Positions 12,819-24,255 of a stretch of 64,000 bases of DNA are shown piece after piece. This stretch comes from Mizuhopecten yessoensis (Eukaryota): contig NW_018406352.1 in assembly GCF_002113885.1 (NCBI RefSeq), forward strand, positions 126,196 through 190,195, written 5' to 3'. Position 1 is the stretch's first letter. Each line of letters opens with the position of its first letter. The notes below the pieces were generated by a model. It was given only the letters and a program-made list of their open reading frames with translations, was not told where the DNA came from and searched no databases. A program made the position numbers and the translations under genes.

Positions 12819-12970
12819 ATACCACAACTTGTTTGAAGTGTTCCTGAAGATTAAGGCAGAGGAGGGCCTGAGGACGCTGTACCGCGGTATTGTTCCCACA
12901 CTGTATGGCTCCGTGGTCTACTCCGGCCTCGGGTTCTGTACATACGAAACTCTCAAGAAGTGGCATGCAG
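12819..12970 (+). CDS. SLC25A42: SLC25A42-like exon 5
   Basis: ttacgcag|A; encodes YHNLFEVFLKIKAEEGLRTLYRGIVPTLYGSVVYSGLGFCTYETLKKWHA; donor G|gtaaac (phase 1). Confidence 0.95.
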
Positions 12971-13503
12971 GTAAACTTTCATCACGTTTTCCCAGGCATT
13001 TTTGTTATTCTTGTGAATTTTCTTAATTTGGTGGTGAATTCCTTGATATTTTCTTGCAAAAATTAACCAATTTCTCCTTATCATCAAATTCCTGAATAGC
13101 TCTGAACAATTAGTCTATCTTGACTTCTAATAGTCACAGCAAAAATTATTAACTCACTCACCCCCGCAATTTCATAATGAAGTATTCCAACCTTTGAATT
13201 GGAAGGGTTCAAATGTGTTTTAAGGGGTGAATTAGTTAAGAACATATTATCTGTTTTAAGCACAGAGTTTTATATGTGCAACATTATAAAGGATTTCCTT
13301 GTCACCTTCCACTTGTCTCTGTATTTCTACATAGAGTTTGGATCATGTTAGACATGAAATTTCATTCTTTTGACCTGAAGTACCTACTACCCATGAATCC
13401 TATAGGGACGGAATGGCCATAAAGTGGAGTAAACTGTTAACCTTGTTTGGCTTTTTGTATCCACAAGCTTAACCTCCTTCATATTTCTTGTGATTATATT
13501 TAG

Positions 13504-13626
13504 AATACAACAAAGGGAAGGATCTGACCTTAGGAGAACGTCTGTGCTTTGGAGCATGTGCTGGACTTCTGAGTCAGTCTGCCTCCTATCCCCTGGACAT
13601 CATACGGAGGAGGATGCAAACTGCAG
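13504..13626 (+). CDS. SLC25A42: SLC25A42-like exon 6
   Basis: atatttag|AA; encodes ...[30 protein letters not shown] (third carrier signature); donor G|gtaaca (phase 1). Confidence 0.95.
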
Positions 13627-13977
13627 GTAACATGTTAGCAACATTCCGCAGACGTGTATAGCCAGGTAACATGTTAGCAACATTCCGCAGGTGTGTATAG
13701 CCAGGTAACATGTTAGCAACATTCTGCAGACGTGTATAGCCAGGTAACATGTTAGCAACATTCCGCAGACATGTATAGCCAGGTAACATGTTAGCAACAT
13801 TTCGTAGACGTGTATAGCCAGGTAACATGTTAGCAACATTCAGCAGACGTGTATAGCCAGGTAACATGTTAGCAACATTCTGCAGGTGTGTATAGCCAGG
13901 TAACATGTTAGCAACATTCCGCAGGTGTGTATAGCCAGGTAACATGTTAGCAACATTCTGCAGACGTGTATAGCCAA
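13624..13977. repeat. 39-bp minisatellite, 9 copies, starting at the exon 6 donor
   Basis: Unit caggtaacatgttagcaacattccgcagacgtgtatagc. Confidence 0.97.
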
Positions 13978-14845
13978 GTAGGAATTAAAATTAGAAAAAG
14001 TAAACCTATCTGTATCAAAAAAAAAAAAAAAAGAGTAGAAACTGCTTATTTTAAAATCTAGACTAGTTCAGTTTAGGGCTGTTAACAGTATAATATTGAG
14101 GATGTAATATAGTCATCGCTTTGTCAGCATCCTCGATATCCAGATTTTGCTACGACATAGTCCAGGGGTGCAGAGAGCGAAAGTGAGCGTAACCCCTGGA
14201 TATTGAGTGCTAAAGATGTCGGTGACTCAACTGAAAACTGACAATGAGATTGACCATTTGCAATTGATTTTAGGTGTCGTAGTGTTAACGATATCTCGTG
14301 AACCCCAGATTTGGTCTAGTTCATATTGACACCATACAGAGTAGTATGGTAATGGTGAGTTCTACACAGAATTATGTTTTGGTGGTCATCTGTCAAGTTT
14401 AAGGAGTCAAAGAAGGTTCATGATATTCTTACTTTGGTATCTATGTAATTCATGCAGTCTATGAAGTAAAGATGTCTTTATAGACAGAAATTTCAATAGA
14501 CCAGACTGTTTAGTGATACAATTATAACATAAATTAAGAAATGTCTGTATTAAAAAAAAAAAATGTAAATTAGTTTAACTCATTCACCCCTGAAGACATA
14601 TTTGAACTCCTCCAATTCAAAGGATGGAATAGTTCATTATGAAATTTCGCAGGTTAATGATCATGAATTAACAGAAAACTTTTTCGCTAACTACTACCTA
14701 TGTTTATCATTGAATAGTACGCATCATAAGAAACAACTTCAGAGACAACTTGATCTATGAAGTAAATGATTCGTGGTGATTGTCCATCGTTTTAACACTA
14801 AGTTTGAACACTTTGCAGTGGTTATGATATGAAACCATAAGGTAG

Positions 14846-15233
14846 TATATCAGAACTGGACTGGCGCAGCGAATTTGACCAGGTAGCTCAATTGGTAGAA
14901 TGTCTGTCTAGAGTTAGGAGGGTCCCGGGCTCAAACCCCAATCTGGCCGTTGCATTTATCTTTCTCCTGTTACAAAATTGGCTAGCTTGCCAACCCATGT
15001 TTCAAGCACTGGTAGAATGCTTAGCAAGCCAAGGGGACATCTGAACCCGAGTTGTAAATAGTTGTGTCTTCGGGGGGCGAAGACTTGGAGAAAGAAGGAA
15101 GGAATGTAGCGGAACTGAACTGAGTTGATCGTCGGCAACAGGTAGCTCAATTGGTAGAGTGTCCGTCTAGAGTTCGGGGGGTACCGGGTTCGAATTCCGA
15201 TCTGACTATCGTATTTCCCTTTCTCCTGTTACA
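14846..15233 (+). mobile_element. Miniature non-autonomous LTR retroelement with tRNA-derived LTRs (family 2)
   Basis: Two 129-bp direct repeats (14846-14974, 15105-15233; TGTAGC...GTTACA). PBS-like tggctagcttgcc follows the first LTR, and polypurine ggagaaagaaggaaggaa abuts the second. Each LTR has an A box (TAGCTCAATTGGTAGAG) and a B box (GGTTCGAATTCC in the second, degenerate in the first). Flanks gtag/atag are a candidate 4-bp TSD. Confidence 0.75.
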
Positions 15234-16462
15234 ATAGAATAAATAGTTTGAAGTTCTAATTGAAGATATTGAAGCCTTGAAACTGAACTGTGATCAGCTT
15301 AAGGATCTCTGTACCAAAAACTATAATTAAGTATTGGAACCTCATTTCTCACAGCAAATAGTTTTGAGAAATCATTTCTGAAAAGAAAAGCATACCTTGC
15401 AGACTTTCATGAGAAATAATAAAGATGAAATAAACAAAATTTTATCAACAACAGTGTGTTAAGGTAATAGGATTGTGTCACCATTTCTCAGTAGAATTTC
15501 TTCAAGTTTTGTAGTTATATTGCTTTGAAGTAAAGAAAAATTTCCNATATTAGTATTGCATTAATGTATATCAATTTAATAAATGCTGAAATTGTGTAAA
15601 ATTAATTCTCTATACACGATTTAAAAATTGACATTTTATAATAAAACCATATACACATAGTAATTGCATGTAAGAGTTATCGTTCTTGAAAAACTTCACA
15701 GTAGTGAAATAGGTAGCCGGTTTCCTGAAGTACAGAAAAATGGACACATGTGACTCATTGATAAAAAAACAACTGAATTAATGCCTGGATTGCTTTGAAA
15801 TACTTTAATAGTGAAAGAACATACTGTTCTGTCAATAATAAACATACAATATTCATCAGTTTGATATTAAACATTAGAATTGTGATACTGTCTCCCTACA
15901 TTGGATTTTCAACTAGGGATGTAATTCCTATTTCCGTTTAGCAATACACTCCAATGACCTTAAGAACTCGCTTCAAAAAGTTCACATGACCTATGACCTT
16001 CAGTAGACCTGGATTGGAACCCTGATCTTTTGACTGCTTTACTATCGCTCTAACCAACTGAGTCGATGGAAGTGTTCTGGCCCAAGTGTTCTACAGTTAT
16101 ATCCAAATGGAAGTTAAGGGGAGGTAACTGCATATAGGAAAAACACAGTGAAGTTGGACAGGCATCCTTAAAACATTGATTGAAGAAACCAGTTTAAATC
16201 AAGCGAGTCAGACTTCTTACCTACATATTTAAAGATTGAGATCTTTTCGTCCCCAAATGTCTCTAATAATTCACTGTACCAGATAAAACTGCAAATGAGT
16301 GCCAGCTATCACGAGGGAAACTTCAGGGGGATCCAGTTACTAGATTGTTCGATTAGTTTTTCGCCTCTTTACTGTAACAATTACGCAGTTTGATCATTCT
16401 AAAATAATATCCACAGTTCTAGATGGAGTGTCTAGGACAGGAACAGGGCCTTAAAATGATAA

Positions 16463-16652
16463 TTCTGTCTTTGCGTATTGCAGAGTTATCGGCTCTTGTG
16501 AGCAGGTATTGATTGTTACGTCTTTTGTTTGTGAGAGTAACGTCATAATTTTTTGAGAAAACGACGTAATTTTCTCACACCAACTAATGACATAACAATC
16601 AATACCTGCTCACAAGAGCAAATAACTCTGCAATACGAAAAAAGAGGGAATA
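16463..16652. mobile_element. Palindromic MITE of about 190 bp
   Basis: cgtattgcagagttat...tgtgagcaggtattgattgtta / taacaatcaatacctgctcaca...ataactctgcaatacg. Confidence 0.65.
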
Positions 16653-17035
16653 GAACAGTCCCAACACATAAAGCGATGTGATCAGCAATTATTAGTTTGC
16701 TGATAAGGATATCTATTTACAGATAGCAGTTTTTCAATTTCACACAGGGCTTTCCCTATTCCCTTGAAAGTATATTTGTGACTTCCCAACATGAGCTTTG
16801 ACTCTTGGGTTACAAAGGACAGCTTGTCTCTTAAAAACCAGTGAAAAATCCTATTTGACTTCTGAAATTGCAAATAAAAATAGCTAGTGTCAACTGAATG
16901 CCTTATTAATAATAATTGTTTAGAATGTTTAGAGATTTTTTTTGGAAACAAGTTAAATGGTGTGTCTTTTCACTGAAGAGAACTCATGATTCTTATATAA
17001 GATGGAGTAATTAAGTTGACTTTTTTCCATTTTAG

Positions 17036-17253
17036 GTGTAACAGGTCATTCAAACGACTACCGGAGCGTCACTGAAACATTTAAACGTGTGGTAAAGGAA
17101 GAGGGGTTCCGAAGAGGTCTGTACAAAGGCCTCAGTATAAACTGGGTAAAAGGACCTATAGCTGTGGGCGTCAGTTTTGCTACCTTTGACGTCACAACGC
17201 TATGGCTCCGGCGCAGGAAAATGTTTCACATAGACGAATTAGATGGAGACTAA
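17036..17253 (+). CDS. SLC25A42: SLC25A42-like exon 7 (terminal coding exon)
   Basis: ccattttag|GT; encodes VTGHSNDY...[31 protein letters not shown]...DGD*, with TAA at 17251-17253. The seven exons sum to 1083 nt = 360 aa + stop, with consistent phases. Confidence 0.95.
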
Positions 17254-18530
17254 GGAAAATTCATCAACATTTAGGATTCAAACAAATTGTAAAGACATTT
17301 TTAATGAAGTATATTTAGTTTTATATTATTCTGACCTTAATTATAAGATATATGCGCAGCATAAGTATATATTGGATATGTGTGACTGTTCGGTATCAGA
17401 AAGATGGTATTCTTTTATCTTCTTATCTTTCTCTTAATCCTATTGTTTACCTCTAAATTCTTGTTTAAAGTTTCCTTGATATTTCTTGGGTCAGTCCTTT
17501 ATGAAGCAGTTTTTAAAATGGCCTGGTTTACTATATAGCTAGTCGATCGTATTTGATACTACAGTAAATCAGGGACGCAAGAAGCTCAGTAAAACTAAGA
17601 CAAATGTTTGATTTTCCTCAGGAATTGTCTTGCAAGTGGATGCAAGCAATTGACTATAAACTTGTCCTACTGTCATGTGAATCGTGCTTGATCCCATGTT
17701 GATTTTGTTTGATTCCCATTTTAACCCTTTCACCCCTATGTAACTTAAATAGACTCTTTCATAAATTGATATGGATGAGTCTATTATGGTCTACATGGTC
17801 TTATGAAAGGGTTAATCTTGCTTGATTCAAATGCCAATTTTATGTTATTCCAATGCACGTCTCGTTTGATTCCCATGCCAATATTTTTTTATTCCTATGT
17901 AAGGTTTTATTTGTTGCGTTAATTTTTTTCTTTCTAGTTTTACCCAATCTTGCTTGTTATTGTTCATGGGTAGAAAAACAAATCTGCTCAATTTTGTAAG
18001 TTCATACGTAGAAAAATACATTTCATCACCTACCGACCCCTGTTATCAGTGTCGTAACACCCATTACTTAAATTGTGTTATGAACATATGTTTAACACCT
18101 TCACCCCTGAAGACACATTTTGAAATTTCAGGGGTGAATGAGGCGAGATAAAACAATTAAAATGTTCCAACTCAATGAGTTAATACCATCCAGTGGAGCT
18201 TTGATTCACAGTATGTTCCCACTATTTCAACTGTGATGACACAGACTTCCAAAACGATTCTGACGTCAAAAAAGAAAAATCTTGCATGCAGTCAAAATGT
18301 TGATACATTAGATTTCAAGTCAGTGTTAGAAAATGTTGTTTGCACAAATATTTGCAATAAATCTTGGATATTTGATACACAGATCTTAATTTTACACTGA
18401 ATTTGTTTCCGTTTCATATATAAGATTCACAGAACTCCTCACAATTGCTAATTGCTAGCTATCAAATGCTCATTAAAGTAATGGAAGGTCTTATATTGGT
18501 TTCTCAAATCTCATAAAAAATGGAAAGTTC

Positions 18531-18911
18531 CAGGTTTAGACACTAAATTTGTATGCTTGGTAGTCCACAGGACTATATTTGAATAGATTACTTACTAGTC
18601 CTTCGTCAATGTAACCAAGTCCAAGATTTCCTGATAAGGAAACATCGCGATCTACAGCACGAAATATCAAAGTTAGTTGACTGTAGGGGACTTTAAATAG
18701 CTGTCATAAAAAAAAGTTTTTGAAAATTTTTGACAATTATCATGCAATATATCGTATTTAAAGCAGTTTTCTAAATTTGAAAAAGGAATATTCTTATTTA
18801 ATTATCATATTTTTCACAAGTCCAAAGGACCAGTTAGGTTAGGTGATTCACTAGTCCTTGCTGAAATCTACTAGTCCAGGACTAGCCGACTAGTGTTAGT
18901 GTCGAACCCTG
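18531..18911. mobile_element. hAT-like MITE
   Basis: TIR caggtttagacactaa / ttagtgtcgaaccctg with repeated actagtcc subterminal motifs; no clear TSD. Confidence 0.5.
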
Positions 18912-20172
18912 CTATCCAAAATCAGTTGTTTGTTTGTTTGTTATGTTCTTTTTTAATTTTGCTATTCCATTTCCCCCTGTTCCTCCTCCCGAAACATTAG
19001 TTTCATACCTTTTGATGATATTTCACAATTAAGTATGTTAAAAGTCCTGACTGATGTTTTCAAAAAACAGTTTTCATTTTTTTTTCTTTTTCTAATTGCA
19101 ATTGTTTTTTGTTTGTGTTGAAAATAAGAAATCCAATTTTCATAAATCATGATATTCCTCCCCGAAATACTGGTCCTTTGTTGTTACTGTTCATCTACAT
19201 TGATCATTATAGCTGATGTGTTCTATAAGCCCCGGGATCATAAATCAATCTTAGACTTAGGGATATATGCTACCTATCATATTATTTTCTTTGTAAAAGA
19301 TCTCTAACATGGATATGATGTAGAAGGTAGCATGTGTCCTTTAGTCCAAATATTGATTGTAGACAAAATAATTACTTCATCTCAGAAATCAGTTCAAATA
19401 AAACTGCAATTATACATTTTAACAATTTTTAAAATGAAATTTCAAGAAAGCATTGAATATTTGACTAACTCAAGTATTTGGACACAAGTCAAGATTTTTC
19501 TTTATCCAGGGGTCAGCTATATAGTCATTTAAGGTTTTTCAGTGCTGTGAATTGAAAAATAAACCAAGGATATTACATTTTTCTGAAGATATTAAGGTGC
19601 TTTTGGTCGATCAATCACCATCATTATTACATAAGTGTATAAGAGTAATCTTGATTGAAAGGTTCATTACCCAATCAAAATCAATGTAACAGCTACTAGC
19701 TATAGCTTGGTTATTAATAGTAAAATTACCATAATTGTGATTTGCCAATTTTTTTTCAGTAAGAAAGACATTCGTTTATAGATTTAACAATAATTCTGAT
19801 TCCTACATAAATAGGCAAAAATAGTTACATTCCTTCTACTATTTCAAAAGAAAATTGTATTACAGTAAACCTTCGGTTATTTTGAACAAAATCAAATAAA
19901 TATTGTCAATCCTGTTCGAATTACACTAAATTATAACCGCTAAATAAAAAGTAGTTTGAACTATCCAAGTCGACATCGGTAAAAATCACAGCAAACAGTC
20001 AAGTCATTGGTACGGAACAACGACGGCCTTATTGCGATATATACTTGCAAATTTGGAGATGAATAGTGGTAGATAATCAATTAAAAAGAACAATTGCAAA
20101 GCAGAGACAAGTATGTAGGCCGCTAAGCGGTAGATGTATATGATACTTTGAATACTTTTTGATACAATGACT

Positions 20173-20275
20173 TGCTATTTCGTTTCCCTCCCTGCTATTT
20201 CGTTTCCCTCCCTGCTATTTCGTTTCCCTTACTGTTATTTCGTTTCCCTCCCTGCTATTTCGTTTCCTTCCCTGC
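20173..20275. repeat. 20-bp tandem repeat, about 5 copies
   Basis: tgctatttcgtttccctccc. Confidence 0.9.
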
Positions 20276-20291
20276 CTTACATTTGCCCCCA

Positions 20292-20381
20292 TTAACTCAT
20301 TCATCCCTGAAATTCTTATTGAACTATTCACACCTTTGAATTGGAAGAGTTCAAATGAGTCTTCAGGGGTGAATGAGTTAA
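20292..20381. mobile_element. TTAA-flanked MITE family b (other copies at 13149-13239, 14575-14671, 18092-18142)
   Basis: TIR ttaactcattca(c/t)ccctga...tcaggggtgaatgagttaa. Confidence 0.7.
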
Positions 20382-22118
20382 GCACCTACGTCAAGGTAAA
20401 CAGTGACGATCTAGATCATGGCAAATATTAAATGCTGATTAAGGTCAGTGTGAACATTCAGTGCTGATGAGGTGAAGGTCTATATTCTGTGGTGATATAC
20501 CGCCCGCCCCCTTTCCATTACACATACAATGAATATCTAGTCTGTCCACACGATCAAAGGTTAAAGCATTGTTTCGTTTAATAGGATACGATGTCCTTAG
20601 CAACAATGATCTAGTTCTTATACATTTGTCTAATGTATTTATTTTTACTTAAACTCGGTGGTACATGTATATGGTAAGTTTGTATCACCCTGAATAAAGT
20701 GAAACTTATTGTGTCACAATGTAGTACTGATTCTTTTAGCTGTGGTTTTCTACCCTAATCTTATCATGGCCCGAAGCTTTATACCATAAAAATATCTTTA
20801 TTACATTTGAAGTATACTTGAATTTCTTACAGGTGTGCAGTACACTGTGATAAGGTCAATGTGACATTCACCGTAAGGTCAAAGTTCAAATACGTGCTAA
20901 ATTTCCAGCGAAATATTGTCAATTATGGATACGAATTTTGATATGAGGTATTCATAAATATGCTCCGAGTATTATCGTTACTTTCTGCTCACACTGTAAA
21001 TCTGTTTAAAGTAAAAAAATATATATACTTTTCTCCAAATATAAATTTCAAAGTATCCAGATAATAATTTAATCCAAAATGTATCCAAGTTAGCAAATCT
21101 GAGAAAGAATAATGCTAGAATTTGTGCAAATGTTCATTAAGTTACGAAAATTATAAGATAGTCAATGGATGTTACAGTGTGATTGTACTCTTCAATTAGA
21201 AATATGTTTCAAGTTTGATTTGAATGAATGAAATAAAAGAACGTTAGATCATTGCAAAAGACTTTTTTATTCGTTCTACAAATAATTATAAAACATCTGC
21301 TGTGATCTGGGAAACTATATCAACAAAAATGAACAACTCGTATCTTCGATAGCAGATTTTAATCCTGCTACATGCATGTGCGTGAATATGTTGGTAGGAG
21401 GCCAAAACCACTTTTACTACCATTCTGTCACTGCATGGTAAAGACCTTTCAAAAAGGGATCCTGATAGATGAAAACTGTCAAATATTAATTATTTGTGTA
21501 CTTACACTAGTCAATAGGGGGCATGGTACTATTAACTATGTTTAACTTAAATTGATTCATCAATTGACACATCAATGGAGACCTACCAAAAATAATCATT
21601 CATATATCTTACACGTATTATAAACAGGCAAGGTAATGTTTGGTTTGCTGTCGAAATACTGTAAAAGTGGATTTTTTGTCGTGTGGAAATGTTCACGTTA
21701 TGATCCTTTAAACTGATCGCGTTGGCAATAATTCTGAAATCTAGATATTCTATTTATCTATAATCTATGAAATATATGAATTAAATATTCACGTTCGGAT
21801 ATTTTTATCGCTAATTTACTCAACGCAAAAAGTGAAGATTTTTGTCACACCACGAAAATGTTCATTTCTGCAGTAACCGACAGGTTGCATAAGGTGACAT
21901 CATTTTGTTGTTAACTTGCATTATATTATTAGGAGATACGTTAAGGGATAGTTATCTTACATTTGTCATTAAGGTAATTCGAGATCCCTTGACGGATTGT
22001 TTACCGTCTTCTGTTGTGACGGGCTGACAACAACGAGAGCGAACAGTGATAGATCAGAATGTTATAACAGAGACACGTTATATATGAACTATTTACAACT
22101 GAAGAACGCATTGCTATC

Positions 22119-23756
22119 TCACTTACAATATTTGAGGATTTTAATTGTAATATCTCCCTCATCATCTTCCATCTGTGACCACAGTGTATTCCCAGACCCT
22201 ATGCATATCGCACCTTTATATCCTGCACCTGAGTGCAATGTTCTCAGGTACTGGCCAGTCCCACTTAATAATTCTATTGTCTTCCTCTTCATATCCGCTA
22301 TAATCAGGTTTCCAAAGGAATCGTAGTCAACTGACCATGGACCGAATGTTTCTGGTGTAACAGGCTCCTGTCCCCGGATATCTTCTCCTCTGTAGGTAAA
22401 TAGTTGATCGAGTGTTCTGTCATACACGCCGATATGCATTGTTGAGTTATATGGGATATCTTCTTCACTTTCCTCATTTTCAATACCGTGTACCACAGCA
22501 ACGTTTCCTGTCACTGAACAGTTGGAAATTCTGAATGGAGGTAAGAAATCTGATTTTTCTTCATTGGTGATGGTGTGTAGAACAGATCCTGTGGTGTTGT
22601 GTAAAGTTAAACTGCTCTTTGTACCCACCATAACGCCATCGTTGGTTATGTGTAGACAGCTCGGTTTGTCATTTGCTTTGAACTGTGGTACAGGTGTTGC
22701 TGGTTCTTGTAATTCATATATAGTTCTATCATCACTACAGAACCAGAGATGACCCGTTTCAGGGGACACACATATATCACGGGCATCATTGTGAAGTTCA
22801 ATTTTCTGTTTGGTTTCACCTTTATCATTTATCTGAAGTACTGTTTTCCCGCCAGCATCCAGAATCCAGGGGCAACCTTCTGGAGTTAGGCATATTGACC
22901 AAGCCATCGCTGGGACTGAAAACTGTGATACAACAATTGGGTTATCGAGCAGAACATATAAAGGAGGCTGACCTGGTGATTTCCCAGCGTGAGTGCCTGC
23001 TTTCTCGATGTCAGTGTGACCAGCAGAGCTCTCTTGGCATTGGTCTAATTTACCGATGGTGGATGTAGCAGCCGCTAGTGTTTGTGAATGGCCGGTAGAA
23101 CCAGTGGTAAATTTACCGATTGCCTGTTTGAGATGATCAGTGATTGTTGTACAAGGTGTGTATTGGCAGGTTTGTAATACAGGTGGGTTGGAATCTGTGT
23201 AACTTCCAAGTGTATCGAAGTCAGTGTCAAATATCTCAACATCTGTGCTTGTCTGTAGAGCCTTCTTACATTCTTCTACTTCTGCTAATACAACGTCATA
23301 TCTGTGCTGTTTGTCTTTCTTATAATGTCGTAATAACTCAAAATTACTTCTCTCCATTTCATCACGAATAGAAGTGAAACCTGCTATCAGTTCATCTATT
23401 TCTTGTTTACATTTTACACCTTGGAGCTTCATATTGGAAGAAACTGTCTTGAATTCTGAAGAAGTTTCTGTCATTAGGTGTTCTTTTGCTATGAGATCAT
23501 CTTTAAGAAGAGGAAGTGTGTTCTTTTCTGATAGGTTGACGAAATCCAACATGACCGTTTTTTTCTCCTGAGCAACGACGCTAAGTTCCTCTAGGTTGTG
23601 AGTCTTGTGAACAGATTTTATACTGCAAGTTGTACACATAAGAATTTTACAATCCTGACAAACATAAACAACATCTCTCAGTCTGTGGTTTGGACACTTC
23701 GTACTACCTTTCTGTCTGACAGCTTCCTGGTGAGAGCCTGATATTGCAGCAGCCAT
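22119..23756 (-). CDS. TRIM-like protein copy A (B-box, coiled coil, NHL-like beta-propeller; no RING), 545 aa, intronless
   Basis: B-box pattern CPNH-x7-CQDC-x4-CTTC-x5-HKTH, then a heptad-rich helical region, then NHL-like repeats (e.g. PWSVDYDSFGNLIIAD); long intact ORF with paralogues in the window. Confidence 0.9.
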   Translation of the reverse strand: MAAAISGSHQEAVRQKGSTKCPNHRLRDVVYVCQDCKILMCTTCSIKSVHKTHNLEELSVVAQEKKTVMLDFVNLSEKNTLPLLKDDLIAKEHLMTETSSEFKTVSSNMKLQGVKCKQEIDELIAGFTSIRDEMERSNFELLRHYKKDKQHRYDVVLAEVEECKKALQTSTDVEIFDTDFDTLGSYTDSNPPVLQTCQYTPCTTITDHLKQAIGKFTTGSTGHSQTLAAATSTIGKLDQCQESSAGHTDIEKAGTHAGKSPGQPPLYVLLDNPIVVSQFSVPAMAWSICLTPEGCPWILDAGGKTVLQINDKGETKQKIELHNDARDICVSPETGHLWFCSDDRTIYELQEPATPVPQFKANDKPSCLHITNDGVMVGTKSSLTLHNTTGSVLHTITNEEKSDFLPPFRISNCSVTGNVAVVHGIENEESEEDIPYNSTMHIGVYDRTLDQLFTYRGEDIRGQEPVTPETFGPWSVDYDSFGNLIIADMKRKTIELLSGTGQYLRTLHSGAGYKGAICIGSGNTLWSQMEDDEGDITIKILKYCK

Positions 23757-24255
23757 ATCTCGTTTTGTGTATCAATATCTACTGTTCAGCCATTTTGTCA
23801 AATAAACCAGGAAGGCGTTCGTTATCTGTATTCATACCGAGGTTCGACGTTATGGCCTGTCTATTATGTGTCATTATATTTTGCCTTTAAAGTAAATAGA
23901 ATTGACTTTTGTGTGGTCGAAGTATTTACAAGCTCTTCCCTGTATAGATACTTTTGTCAGGTTAACTTAACAATACTTCGATATTAACTGCATATTATAT
24001 AGGTGTATATGATATTCTATGGATCAAATATACTTCGAAAGTTCTGAACTTTACAGGACTAAACGACATTTGATATATTCCTTTCCGTGTTAATAAATAT
24101 GTTAGTGAGAGGCGCACAATACTTGTTAAGGCCATTCTGTCACTGGTAAAGACCTTTCAAAAGAATTTTTGATCGATGAAATGTTAGATGCGCAATATAT
24201 AGACCATTTACAAGGACAAACACTGTTATTTATTCACTTATGATATTGAATAAGT

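Noticed and set aside
15141-15210. Functional tRNA genes at A/B-box sites (also near 16010, 50820, 59780)
   Set aside because: No intact cloverleaf or acceptor stem was seen; they are parts of LTR-like or SINE-like repeats.
22089-22121. Selenocysteine hypothesis (TGA in A/C/D aligned with Cys TGC in B)
   Set aside because: No convincing SECIS was found by eye in the proximal 3' flank, substitutions in the tail are mostly non-synonymous, and copy E has TAG at the same position.
22121-22126. GTAAGT donor-like motif overlapping the TRIM stop region, suggesting a further exon
   Set aside because: Copy E ends KYYK* at the same place without the motif, and no downstream exon was identified.
21997-23571. 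Plus-strand ORFs antisense to the TRIM genes, recurring in each copy
   Set aside because: They are shadows of the paralogous coding strand, not independent genes.
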